Shown one piece after another: positions 27,529-40,630 of a stretch of 64,000 nt of DNA. The stretch covers positions 260,958,001-261,022,000 of the forward strand of contig OZ024741.1 in the NCBI GenBank assembly GCA_964016885.1, in the 5' to 3' direction. The notes beneath the pieces were generated by a model. It was not told the DNA's origin and ran no database searches. It saw only the letters and a list, made by a program, of their open reading frames with translations. The position numbers were made by a program, and so were the translations under genes. This DNA is from Eledone cirrhosa (Eukaryota). Numbering within the stretch: position 1 is the stretch's first letter; each line of letters begins with the position of its first letter.

Positions 27529-28172
27529 GTTTCGCTTTACGAGTGTTTCGACGTACGAGTGTTTCGACTTACGAGTGTTTTAACTTACGGTTGTTTCGAC
27601 TTACGCGTTTTTAGACTACGAATGTTCCGACTTACGAGTGTTTCGACTTACGAGTGTTTCGACTTGCGAGTGCTTTGACTTACGAATGTTTTGACTTACT
27701 TCGACTTACGAGTGATCTGACTTACGAGTGTTCCTACTTACGAGTGTTTCGACTTACGAGTGTTTCGACTTGCGAGTGTTTCGACTTACGAGTGCTTCGG
27801 CTTACGAGTGTTTCGGTGTTTCGGCTTACCTGTGTTTCGACTTACGAGTGTTTCGACTTACGAGTGTTTCGGCTTATGAGTGTTTCGACTTACGAGTGCT
27901 TCGGCTTACGAGTGTTTCGACTTACGAGTATTTCGGCTTACGAGTGTTTCCACGTACGAATGTTTTGGCTTACGAGTGTTTCGGCTTATGAGTGTTTCGA
28001 CTTACGAGTGTTTCGACTTACGAGTGTTTCGGCTTACGAGTGTTTCGACTTACGAGTGTTTCGGCTTACGAGTGTTTCAGTGTTTCGGCTTACGTGTGTT
28101 TCGACTTACGAGTGTTTCGACTTACGACTGTTTCGGCTTACGAGTGTTTCGGCTTACGAGTGTTTCGGCTTA

Positions 28173-28987
28173 TATATAAACGTTTCTATTTCCATCGTTT
28201 TATCGTAAACGTTTATATATTTCTATCGTTATATCATAACGTTTATATTTCCGTCACTAATCTCTTTTTCTCCTTTTCCGTTTTAATATATATTTATTTC
28301 AAAGATTTCACCGTATAGATAACATATATATTTATACATGCATAAAAGACACACCGAGAGACGGTGAAAATGTGGTGCCAAAAACATTTCTCATCCAAAT
28401 CTCAACAATATCAGTATATACACTAGATTTGCTAGCAGAAAACCGCCCACCGGGTGGTTTTCTGCTATTCTATATATATAAAACTGAGGATGTCTGTCTG
28501 TGTGTGAGTTTGAATCCCTAAAACTCGAGAACCACCCAACCGACTGTTTTCAAACTTTACACATGTAATAATTATGTTTCAGGGAGTGTTCTGAGAAAAG
28601 AATATTTCAAATTTTCAATGCCGTAGGGACCACATTAGGCGATTTAGCGATCTCTCTCTATAATTCTTAGTCTTTCTCTTTTTAGATAGAATTTTCAATG
28701 TCGTAGGGACCACATTAGGCGATTTAGCGATCTCTCTCTATAATTCTTAGTCTTTCTCTTTTTAGATAGATACATACATATGACGTCGTGCCCTTATAAT
28801 ATCTGTCTGTATGTCTGGCTGTCTGCATTACGTCACTTCCCTGAGGATGTCTGTGTGTGTGTGTGTCTGTGAGTTTGAATCCCTAAAATGCGAGAAGTAC
28901 CCAACCGATTTTTTTCAAACTTTACATGTGTATTACTTATGTTTCAGGGAGTGTTTGTTATGCACATAAAATTCAACCTTTTGATCT
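28173..28987 (+). mobile_element. 815-bp Helitron-like island 4
   Basis: Same length and junctions as island 1 and appears identical to island 3 by eye. TC end at 28469. Confidence 0.65.
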
Positions 28988-29859
28988 GGTGTTTTGACTT
29001 ACGAGTGTTTCGATACGAGTGTTTCGACTTACGAGTGTTCTGACTTACGAGTGTTCTGACTTACGAGCGTTCTGACTTACGAGTGTTCCGACTTACGTGT
29101 GTTTCGGCTTACGAGTGTTTCGACTTACGAGTGTTCTGACTTACGAGTGTTTCGACTTACGAGCGTTCCGACTTACGAGTGTTTCGACTTACGAGTGTTT
29201 CGACTTACGAGTGTTTCGACTTACGAGTGTTTTGACTTACGGGTGTTTCGACTTACGAGTGTTTCGACTTACGAGTGTTTTAACTTACGGGTGTTTCGAC
29301 TTACACGTGTTTCGACTTGCGAGTGTTTCGACTTACGAGTATTTCGACTTACGAGTGTTTCGACTTACGAGTGTTTTGACTTACGGTGTTTCGGCTTACG
29401 AGTGTTTCGACATACGAGTGTTTCGGCGTACGAGTGTTTTGACTTACGAGTGTTTCGACTTACGAGTGCTTTGACTTACGAATGTTTTGAATTACTTCGA
29501 CTTACGAGTGATCTGACTTTCGAGTGTTCCTACTTACGAGTGTTTCGACATACGAGTGTTTCGACTTGCGAGTGTTTCGACTTACGAGTGTTTCGACTTA
29601 CGAGTGTTCTGACTTACGAGTGTTCTGACTTACGATTGTTCCGACTTACGAGTGTTTTGTTTTACGAATGTTCTGACTTACGGGTGTTTCGCCTTACGAG
29701 TGTTTCGACTTACGAGTGTTTTAACTTACGGGTGTTTCGACTTACGCGTGTTTCGACTTACGAGTGTTTCGACTTACGAGTGTTTCGACTTACGAATGTT
29801 CCGACTTACGAGTGTTTCTACTTACGAGTGTTTCGGCTTACGAGTGTTTCGACTTACGA

Positions 29860-29928
29860 AAATAACAAATAGACGCGGTTTCAAATATCTATGCTTTTCA
29901 CATTCATTACATTAATCTTTATTTATAC
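29860..29928 (+). repeat. 69-bp spacer, subtype C
   Basis: Same as the 12104 copy. Confidence 0.93.
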
Positions 29929-30977
29929 GTTTCGCTTTACGAGTGTTTCAGCGTACGAGTGTTTCGACTTACGAGTGTTTTAACTTACGGTTGTTTCGAC
30001 TTACCCGTTTTTCGACTACGAATGTTCCGACTTACGAGTGTTTCGACTTACGATTGTTTCGACTTACGAGTGCTTTCACTTACGAATGTTTTGACTTACT
30101 TCGACTTACGAGTGATCTGACTTACGAGTGTTCCTACTTACGAGTGTTTCGACTTACGAGTGTTTCGACGTACGAATGTTCTGGCATACGAGTGTTTCGG
30201 CTTATGAGTGTTTCGGCTTACGAGTGTTTCGACTTACGAGTGTTTCGGCTTACGAGTGTTTCAGTGTTTCGGCTTACGTGTGTTTCGACTTACGAGTGTT
30301 TCGACTTACGACTGTTTCGGCTTACGAGTGTTTCGGCTTACGAGTGCTTCGGCTTACGAGTGTTTTGACTTACGAGTGTTTTGACTTACGATTGTTTGGC
30401 TTACGAGTGTTCTGACTTACGGGTGTTCTGACTTACGAGTGTTCCGACTTACGAGTGTTTCGGCTTACGAGTGTTTCGACTTACGAGTGTTTCGGCTTAC
30501 GAGTGTTTCGACTTCCGAGTGTTTTGACTTACGGTGTTTCGGCTTAGAGTGATTCGACTTACGAGTGTTTTGACTTACGGGTGATTTGACTTACGGGTGT
30601 TGTGAATTACGAGTGTTCCGATTTACGAGTGTTTTGACTTACGGTGTTTCAGCTTACGAGTGATTCGACTTACGAATGTTTTGACTTATGGGTGTTTCGG
30701 CTTGCGAGTGTTTCGACTTACGAGTGTTTCGGCTTATGGGTGTTTCGACTTACTAATGTTTTTACTTACGAGTGGTTCGGCGTACGAGTGTTTTGACTTA
30801 CGAGTGTTTCGATACGAGTGTTTCGACTTACGAGTGTTCTGACTTACGAGTGTTCTGACTTACGAGTGTTCTGATTTACGAGTGTTCCGACTTACGAGTG
30901 TTTCGGCTTACGAGTGTTTCGGCTTACGAGTGTTTCGACTTACGAGTATTTCGACTTACGAGTGTTTCGACTTACGA

Positions 30978-31046
30978 AAATAACAAATAGACGCGGTTTC
31001 AAATATCTATGCTTTTCAAATTCATTACATTAATCTTTATTTACAC
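30978..31046 (+). repeat. 69-bp spacer, subtype B (the preceding A copy is lost by deletion)
   Basis: Same as the 9706 copy. Confidence 0.93.
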
Positions 31047-31690
31047 GTTTCGCTTTACGAGTGTTTCGACGTACGAGTGTTTCGACTTAAGAGTGTTTTA
31101 ACTTACGGTTGTTTCGACTTGCGCGTTTTTAGACTACGAATGTTCCGACTTACGAGTGTTTCGACTTACGAGTGTTTCGACTTGCGAGTGCTTTGATTTA
31201 CGAATGTTTTGACTTACTTCGACTTACGAGTGATCTGACTTACGAGTGTTCCTACTTACGAGTGTTTCGACTTACGAGTGTTTCGACTTGCGAGTGTTTC
31301 GACTTACGAGTGCTTCGGCTTACGAGTGTTTCGGTGTTTCGGCTTACCTGTGTTTCGACTTACGAGTGTTTCGACTTACGAGTGTTTCGGCTTATGAGTG
31401 TTTCGACTTACGAGTGCTTCGGCTTACGAGTGTTTCGACTTACGAGTATTTCGGCTTACGAGTGTTTCCACGTACGAATGTTTTGGCTTACGAGTGTTTC
31501 GGCTTATGAGTGTTTCGACTTACGAGTGTTTCGACTTACGAGTGTTTCGGCTTACGAGTGTTTCGACTTACGAGTGTTTCGGCTTACGAGTGTTTCAGTG
31601 TTTCGGCTTACGTGTGTTTCGACTTACGAGTGTTTCGACTTACGACTGTTTCGGCTTACGAGTGTTTCGGCTTACGAGTGTTTCGGCTTA

Positions 31691-32505
31691 TATATAAACG
31701 TTTCTATTTCCATCGTTTTATCGTAAACGTTTATATATTTCTATCGTTATATCATAACGTTTATATTTCCGTCACTAATCTCTTTTTCTCCTTTTCCGTT
31801 TTAATATATATTTATTTCAAAGATTTCACCGTATAGATAACATATATATTTATACATGCATAAAAGACACACCGAGAGACGGTGAAAATGTGGTGCCAAA
31901 AACATTTCTCATCCAAATCTCAACAATATCAGTATATACACTAGATTTGCTAGCAGAAAACCGCCCACCGGGTGGTTTTCTGCTATTCTATATATATAAA
32001 ACTGAGGATGTCTGTCTGTGTGTGAGTTTGAATCCCTAAAACTCGAGAACCACCCAACCGACTGTTTTCAAACTTTACACATGTAATAATTATGTTTCAG
32101 GGAGTGTTCTGAGAAAAGAATATTTCAAATTTTCAATACCGTAGGGACCACATTAGGCGATTTAGCGATCTCTCTCTATAATTCTTAGTCTTTCTCTTTT
32201 TAGATAGAATTTTCAATGTCGTAGGGACCACATTAGGCGATTTAGCGATCTCTCTCTATAATTCTTAGTCTTTCTCTTTTTAGATAGATACATACATATG
32301 ACGTCGTGCCCTTATAATATCTGTCTGTATGTCTGGCTGTCTGCATTACGTCACTTCCCTGAGGATGTCTGTGTGTGTGTGTGTCTGTGAGTTTGAATCC
32401 CTAAAATGCGAGAAGTACCCAACCGATTTTTTTCAAACTTTACATGTGTATTACTTATGTTTCAGGGAGTGTTTGTTATGCACATAAAATTCAACCTTTT
32501 GATCT
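31691..32505 (+). mobile_element. 815-bp Helitron-like island 5
   Basis: Same length and junctions as island 1. One private substitution seen (32138). TC end at 31987. Confidence 0.65.
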
Positions 32506-33377
32506 GGTGTTTTGACTTACGAGTGTTTCGATACGAGTGTTTCGACTTACGAGTGTTCTGACTTACGAGTGTTCTGACTTACGAGCGTTCTGACTTACGA
32601 GTGTTCCGACTTACGTGTGTTTCGGCTTACGAGTGTTTCGACTTACGAGTGTTCTGACTTACGAGTGTTTCGACTTACGAGCGTTCCGACTTACGAGTGT
32701 TTCGACTTACGAGTGTTTCGACTTACGAGTGTTTCGACTTACGAGTGTTTTGACTTACGGGTGTTTCGACTTACGAGTGTTTCGACTTACGAGTGTTTTA
32801 ACTTACGGGTGTTTCGACTTACACGTGTTTCGACTTGCGAGTGTTTCGACTTACGAGTATTTCGACTTACGAGTGTTTCGACTTACGAGTGTTTTGACTT
32901 ACGGTGTTTCGGCTTACGAGTGTTTCGACATACGAGTGTTTCGGCGTACGAGTGTTTTGACTTACGAGTGTTTCGACTTACGAGTGCTTTGACTTACGAA
33001 TGTTTTGAATTACTTCGACTTACGAGTGATCTGACTTTCGAGTGTTCCTACTTACGAGTGTTTCGACATACGAGTGTTTCGACTTGCGAGTGTTTCGACT
33101 TACGAGTGTTTCGACTTACGAGTGTTCTGACTTACGAGTGTTCTGACTTACGATTGTTCCGACTTACGAGTGTTTTGACTTACGAATGTTCTGACTTACG
33201 GGTGTTTCGCCTTACGAGTGTTTCGACTTACGAGTGTTTTAACTTACGGGTGTTTCGACTTACGCGTGTTTCGACTTACGAGTGTTTCGACTTACGAGTG
33301 TTTCGACTTACGAATGTTCCGACTTACGAGTGTTTCTACTTACGAGTGTTTCGGCTTACGAGTGTTTCGACTTACGA

Positions 33378-33446
33378 AAATAACAAATAGACGCGGTTTC
33401 AAATATCTATGCTTTTCACATTCATTACATTAATCTTTATTTATAC
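33378..33446 (+). repeat. 69-bp spacer, subtype C
   Basis: Same as the 12104 copy. Confidence 0.93.
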
Positions 33447-35830
33447 GTTTCGCTTTACGAGTGTTTCGGCGTACGAGTGTTTCGACTTACGAGTGTTTTA
33501 ACTTACGGTTGTTTCGACTTACCCGTTTTTCGACTACGAATGTTCCGACTTACGAGTGTTTCGACTTACGAGTGTTTCGACTTACGAGTGCTTTGACTTA
33601 CGAATGTTTTGACTTACTTCGACTTACGAGTGATCTGACTTACGAGTGTTCCTACTTACGAGTGTTTCGACTTACGAGTGTTTCGACGTACGAATGTTCT
33701 GGCATACGAGTGTTTCGGCTTATGAGTGTTTCGGCTTACGAGTGTTTCGACTTACGAGTGTTTCGGCTTACGAGTGTTTCAGTGTTTCGGCTTACGTGTG
33801 TTTCGACTTACGAGTGTTTCGACTTACGACTGTTTCGGCTTACGAGTGTTTCGGCTTACGAGTGCTTCGGCTTACGAGTGTTTTGACTTACGAGTGTTTT
33901 GACTTACGATTGTTTGGCTTACGAGTGTTCTGACTTACGGGTGTTCTGACTTACGAGTGTTCCGACTTACGAGTGTTTCGGCTTATGAGGGTTTCGACTT
34001 ACGAGTGCTTCGGCTTACGAGTGTTTCGACTTACGAGTGTTTCGGCTTACGAGTGTTTCGACTTCCGAGTGTTTTGACTTACGGTGTTTCGGCTTAGAGT
34101 GATTCGACTTACGAGTGTTTTGACTTACGGGTGATTTGACTTACGGGTGTTGTGAATTACGAGTGTTCCGATTTACGAGTGTTTTGACTTACGGTGTTTC
34201 GGCTTACGAGTGATTCGACTTACGAATGTTTTGACTTACGGGTGTTTCGGCTTGCGAGTGTTTCGACTTACGAGTGTTTCGGCTTATGGGTGTTTCGACT
34301 TACTAATGTTTTTACTTACGAGTGGTTCGGCGTACGAGTGTTTTGACTTACGAGTGTTTCGACTTACGAGTGTTTCGATTTACGAGTGTTTCGGCTTACG
34401 TGAGTTTCGACTTAAGAGTGTTCTGATTTACGAGTGTTCTGACTTGCGGGTGTTCTGATTTACGAGTGTTCCGACTTACGAGTGTTTCGGCTTATTAGTG
34501 TTTCGACTTACGAGTGTTTCGGCTTACGAGTGTTTCGACTTATGGGTGTTTCGACTTACGAGTGTTTTTACTTACGGTGTTTCGGCTTACGAGTGTTTCG
34601 ACATACGAGTGTTTTGACTTACGGGTGTTTCGACTTACGAGTGTTTCGACTTACGAATGTTTTGACTTACGGGTGTTTCGGCTTACGAGTGTTTCGACTT
34701 ACGAGTGTTTCGGCTTACTAATGTTCTTACTTACGAGTGTTTCGGCGTACGAGAGTTTTGACTTACGAGTGTTTCGACTTACGAGTGTTTCGACTTACGA
34801 GTGTTTTGACTTACGAATGTTTTGACTTACGGGTGTTTCGGCTTACGAGTGTTTCGACTTACGAGTCTTTCGGCTTACGAGTGTTTCGACTTACTAATGT
34901 TTTTACTTACGAGTGTTTCGGCGTACGAGTGTTTCGACTTACGAGTGTTTCGATTTACGGGTGTTTTGACTTACGGGTGTTTCGGCTTACGAGTGTTTTG
35001 ACTTACGAGTGTTTTGACTTAAGGGTGTTTCGACTTACGAGTATTTCTGGCTTACGAGTGTTTCGACTTACGAGTGTTTTGACTTACCAGTGTTCTGATT
35101 TACGGATGTTTCGACATACGAGTGTTTCGACTTACGAGTGTTTCGACTTATGAGTGTTTCGACTTACGAGTGTTTCGGCTTATGAGTGTTTCGACTTACG
35201 AGTGCTTCGGCTTACGAGTGTTTCGACTTACGAGTATTTCGGCTTACGAGTGTTTCGACGTACGAATGTTTTGGCTTACGAGTGTTTCGGCTTATGAGTG
35301 TTTCGGCTTACGAGTGTTTCGACTTACGAGTGTTTCGGCTTACGAGTGTTTCAGTGTTTCGGCTTACGTGTGTTTCGACTTACGAGTGTTTCGACTTACG
35401 ACTGTTTCGGCTTAAGAGTGTATCGGCTTACGAGTGTTTCGGCTTACGAGTGTTTTGACTTACGAGTGTTTTGACTTACGATTGTTTGGCTTACGAGTGT
35501 TCTGACTTACGGGTGTTCTGACTTACGAGTGTTCCGACTTACGAGTGTTTCGGCTTACGAGTGTTTCGGCTTACGAGTGTTTCGACTTACGAGTGTTTCG
35601 ACTTACGGGTGTTTCGACTTACGAGTGGTTTGGCTTACGGTGTTTCGGCTTACGAGTGTTTCGAATTACGAGTGTTTTGACTTACGCGTGTTTTGACATA
35701 CGAGTGTTTCGATACGAGTGTTCTGACTTACGAGTGTTCTGACTTACGAGTGTTCTGACTTACGAGTGTTCCGACTTTACGAGTGTTTCGGCTCACGAGT
35801 GTTTCGGCTTACGAGTGTTTCGACTTACGA

Positions 35831-35899
35831 AAATAACAAATAGACGCGGTTTCAAATCTCTATGATTTTCAAATTCATTACATTAATCTTTATTTATAC
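35831..35899 (+). repeat. 69-bp spacer, subtype A
   Basis: Same as the 8509 copy. Downstream satellite context matches the 2540 copy. Confidence 0.93.
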
Positions 35900-38800
35900 G
35901 TTTCGCTTTACGAGTGTTTCGACTTACGAGTGTTTCGACATACGAGTGTTTCGACTTCCGAATGTTTTTGCTTACGGGTGTTTCGACTTACGAATGTTTC
36001 GGCTTACGAGTGTTTCGGCTTACGAGTGTTCCGACTTAGGAGTGTTTCGGCTTACGAGTGTTTCCGGCTTACGAGTGTTTCGACTTACGAGTGTTTCGAC
36101 TTTCGAGTGTTTTGACTTACGGTGTTTCGGCTTACGAGTGATTCGACTTACGAGTGTTTTGACTTACGGGTGTTCCGACTTACGAGTGTTTCGGTTTACG
36201 AGTGTTTCGACATACGAGTGTTTCGACTTACGAGTGTTTTGACTTACGGTGTTTCGGCTTACGAGTGATTCGACTTACGAGTATTTTGACTTACGGGTGT
36301 TTTGACTTACGGGTGTTGTGAATTACCAGTGTTCCGATTTACGAGTGTTTTGACTTACGGTGTTTCGGCTTGCGAGTGTTTTGACTTACGAGTGTTTCGG
36401 CTTATGAGTGTTTCGACTTACTAATGTTTTTACTTACGAGTGTTTCGGCGTTCGAGTGTTTTGACTTACGAGTGTTTCGACTTACGAGTGTTTTGACTTA
36501 CGAATGTTTTGACTTACGGGTGTTTCGGCTTACGGGTGTTTCGACTTACGACTGTTTCGACTTACGAGTGTTCTGACTTACGAGTGTTCTGACTTACGAG
36601 TGTTCTGACTTACGAGTGTTCCGACTTACGAGTGTTTCGGTTTACGAGTGTTTCGACATACGAGTGTTTTGACTTACGGGTGTTTCGACTTACGAGTGTT
36701 TCGACTTACGAGTGTTTCGGCTTACGAGAGTTTCGACTTACTAATGTTTTTACTTACGAGTGTTTCGGTGTACGAATGTTTTGACTTAAGGATGTTTCGA
36801 CTTACGAGTGTTTCGACTTACGAGTGTTTCGGCTTACGTGAGTTTCGACTTAAGAGTGTTCTGATTTACGAGTGTTCTGACTTGCGGGTGTTCTGATTTA
36901 CGAGTGTTCCGGCTTACGAGTGTTTCGGCTTATGAGTGTTTCGACTTACGAGTGTTTCGGCTTACGAGTGTTTCGACTTATGGGTGTTTCGACTTACGAG
37001 TGTTTTTACTTACAGTGTTTCGGCTTACGAGTGTTTCGACATACGAGTGTTTTGACTTACGGGTGTTTCGGCTTACGAGTGTTTCGACTTACGAGTGTTT
37101 CGGCTTACGAGTGTTTCGATTACTAATGTTTTTACTTACGAGTGTTTCGGCGTACGAGAGTTTTGACTTACGAGTGTTTCGACTTACGAGTGTTTTGACT
37201 TACGAATGTTTTGACTTACGGGTGTTTCGGCTTATGAGTGTTTCGACTTACGAGTCTTTCGGCTTACGAGTGTTTCGACTTACTAATGTTTTTACTTACG
37301 AGTGTTTCGGCGTACGAGTGTTTCGACTTACGAGTGTTTCGACTTACGGGTGTTTTGACTTACGGGTGTTTCGGCTTACGAGTGTTTCGACTTACGAGTG
37401 TTTTGACTTAAGGGTGTTTCGATTTACGAGTATTTTTGGCTTACGAGTGATTCGACTTACGAGTGTTTCGACTTACGAGTGTTTCGGCTTACGATTGTTT
37501 CGACTTACGAGTGTTTCGGTTTACGAGTGTTTCGACTTATGAGTGTTTCGACTTACGAGTGTTTCGGCTTACGAGTGTTTCGACTTATGGGTGTTTCGAC
37601 TTACGAGTGTTTTTACTTACGGTGTTTCGGCTTACGAGTGTTTCGACTTACGAGTGTTTCGACTTACGAGTGTTTAGGCTTACGTGAGTTTCGACTTAAG
37701 AGTGTTCTGATTTACGAGTGTTCTGACTTGCGGGTGTTCTGATTTACGAGTGTTCCGACTTACGAGTGTTTCGGCTTATGAGTGTTTCGACTTACGAGTG
37801 TTTCGGCTTACGAGTGTTTCGACTTATGGGTGTTTCGACTTACGATTGTTTTTACTTACGGTGTTTCGGCTTACGAGTGTTTCGACATACGAGTGTTTTG
37901 ACTTACGGGTGTTTCGACTTACGAGTGTTTTGACTTACGAATGTTTTGACTTACGGGTGTTTCGGCTTACGAATGTTTCGACTTACGAGTGTTTCGGCTT
38001 ACGAGTGTTTCGACTTACTAATGTTCTTACGAGTGTTTCGGCGTACGAGAGTTTTGACTTACGAGTGTTTCGACTTACGAGTGTTTCGACTTACGAGTGT
38101 TTTGACTTACGAATGTTTTGACTTACGGGTGTTTCGGCTTACGAGTGTTTCGACTTACGAGTCTTTCGGCTTACGAGTGTTTCGACTTACTAATGTTTTT
38201 ACTTACGAGTGTTTCGGCGTACGAGTGTTTCGACTTACGAGTGTTTCGACTAACGGGTGTTTTGACTTACGGGTGTTTCGGCTTACGAGTGTTTTGACTT
38301 ACGAGTGTTTTGACTTAAGGGTGTTTCGACTTACGAGTATTTTTGGCTTACGAGTGTTTCGACTTACGAGTGATTTGACTTACGAGTGTTCTGATTTACG
38401 GATGTTTCGACATACGAGTGTTTCGACTTACGAGTATTTCGACTTATGAGTGTTTCAACTTACAACTGTTTCGACTTACGAGTGTTTCGGCTTACGAGTG
38501 TTTCGACATACGAGTGTTTTGACTTACGGGTGTTTCGGCTTACGATTGTTTCGACTTACGAGTGTTTCGGTTTACGAGTGTTTCGGCTTATGAGTGTTTC
38601 GACTTACGAGTGTTTCGGCTTACGAGTGTTTCGACTTATGGGTGTTTCGACTTACGAGTGTTTTTACTTACGGTGTTTCGGCTTACGAGTGTTTCGACAT
38701 ACGAGTGATTTGACTTACGGGTGTTTCGGCTTACGAGTGTTTCGACTTACGAGTGGTTCGGCTTACGAGTGTTTCGACTTACTAATGTTTTTACTTACGA

Positions 38801-40561
38801 GTGTTTCGCCGTACGAGAGTTTTGACTTACGAGTGTTTCGACTTACGAGTGTTTTGACTTACGAATGTTTTGACTTACGGGTGTTTCGGCTTATGAGTGT
38901 TTCGACTTACGAGTGTTTCGGCTTACGAGTGTTTCGACTTACTAATGTTTTTACTTACGAGTGTTTCGGCGTACGAGTGTTTCGACTTACGAGTGTTTCG
39001 ACTTACGGGTGTTTTGACTTACGGGTGTTTCGGCTTACGAGTGTTTCGACTTACGAGTGTTTTGATTTACGAGTGTTCTGATTTACGGATGTTTCGACAT
39101 ACGAGTGTTTCGACTTACGAGTGTTTCGACTTATGAGTGTTTCGACTTACGAGTGTTTCGGCTTACGAGTGTTTCGACTTACGAGTGTTTTGACTTACGG
39201 TGTTTCGGCTTACGAGTGTTTCGACTTACGAGTGTTTTGACTTACGGGTGTTTTGACATACGAGTGTTTCGATACGAGTGTTCTGACTTACGAGTGTTCT
39301 GACTTACGAGTGTTTTGACTTACGAGTGTTCTGACTTACGAGTGTTCCGACTTACGAGTGTTCCGACTTACGAGTGTTTCGGCTTACGAGTGTTTCCGGC
39401 TTACGAGTGTTTCGACTTCCGAGTGTTTTGACTTACGGTGTTTCGGCTTACGAGTGATTCGACTTACGAGTGTTTTGACTCACGGGTGATTTGACATACG
39501 AGTGTTTCGATACGAGTGTTCTGACTTACGAGTGTTCTGACTTACGAGTGTTCTGACTTACGAGTGTTTTGACTTACGAGTGTTCTGACTTACGAGTGTT
39601 TCGGCGTACGAGTGTTTCGACTTACTAATGTTTTTACTTACGAGTGTTTCGGCGTACGAGTGTTTCGACTTACGAGTGTTTCGATTTACGGGTGTTTTGA
39701 CTTACGGGTGTTTCGGCTTACGAGTGTTTTGACTTACGAGTGTTTTGACTTAAGGGTGTTTCGACTTACGAGTATTTCTGGCTTACGAGTGTTTCGACTT
39801 ACGAGTGTTTTGACTTACCAGTGTTCTGATTTACGGATGTTTCGACATACGAGTGTTTCGACTTACGAGTGTTTCGACTTATGAGTGTTTCGACTTACGA
39901 GTGTTTCGGCTTATGAGTGTTTCGACTTACGAGTGCTTCGGCTTACGAGTGTTTCGACTTACGAGTATTTCGGCTTACGAGTGTTTCGACGTACGAATGT
40001 TTTGGCTTACGAGTGTTTCGGCTTATGAGTGTTTCGGCTTACGAGTGTTTCGACTTACGAGTGTTTCGGCTTACGAGTGTTTCAGTGTTTCGGCTTACGT
40101 GTGTTTCGACTTACGAGTGTTTCGACTTACGACTGTTTCGGCTTAAGAGTGTATCGGCTTACGAGTGTTTCGGCTTACGAGTGTTTTGACTTACGAGTGT
40201 TTTGACTTACGATTGTTTGGCTTACGAGTGTTCTGACTTACGGGTGTTCTGACTTACGAGTGTTCCGACTTACGAGTGTTTCGGCTTACGAGTGTTTCGG
40301 CTTACGAGTGTTTCGACTTACGAGTGTTTCGACTTACGGGTGTTTCGACTTACGAGTGGTTTGGCTTACGGTGTTTCGGCTTACGAGTGTTTCGAATTAC
40401 GAGTGTTTTGACTTACGCGTGTTTTGACATACGAGTGTTTCGATACGAGTGTTCTGACTTACGAGTGTTCTGACTTACGAGTGTTCTGACTTACGAGTGT
40501 TCCGACTTTACGAGTGTTTCGGCTCACGAGTGTTTCGGCTTACGAGTGTTTCGACTTACGA

Positions 40562-40630
40562 AAATAACAAATAGACGCGGTTTCAAATCTCTATGATTTT
40601 CAAATTCATTACATTAATCTTTATTTATAC
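40562..40630 (+). repeat. 69-bp spacer, subtype A (last one in the window)
   Basis: Duplicate of the 35831 copy at +4731. Confidence 0.93.

Larger units (their letters stand above)
7861..35920 (+). repeat. Higher-order repeat block of about 5.8-6.1 kb units (spacer A - spacer B - 815-bp island - spacer C), five islands, one unit internally deleted
   Basis: Island start-to-start distances are 6065, 5829, 5861 and 3518 bp. Spacer B to island is 712-713 bp and island to spacer C is 1686-1687 bp in all five. The order of monomer variants is conserved between units. Confidence 0.95.
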
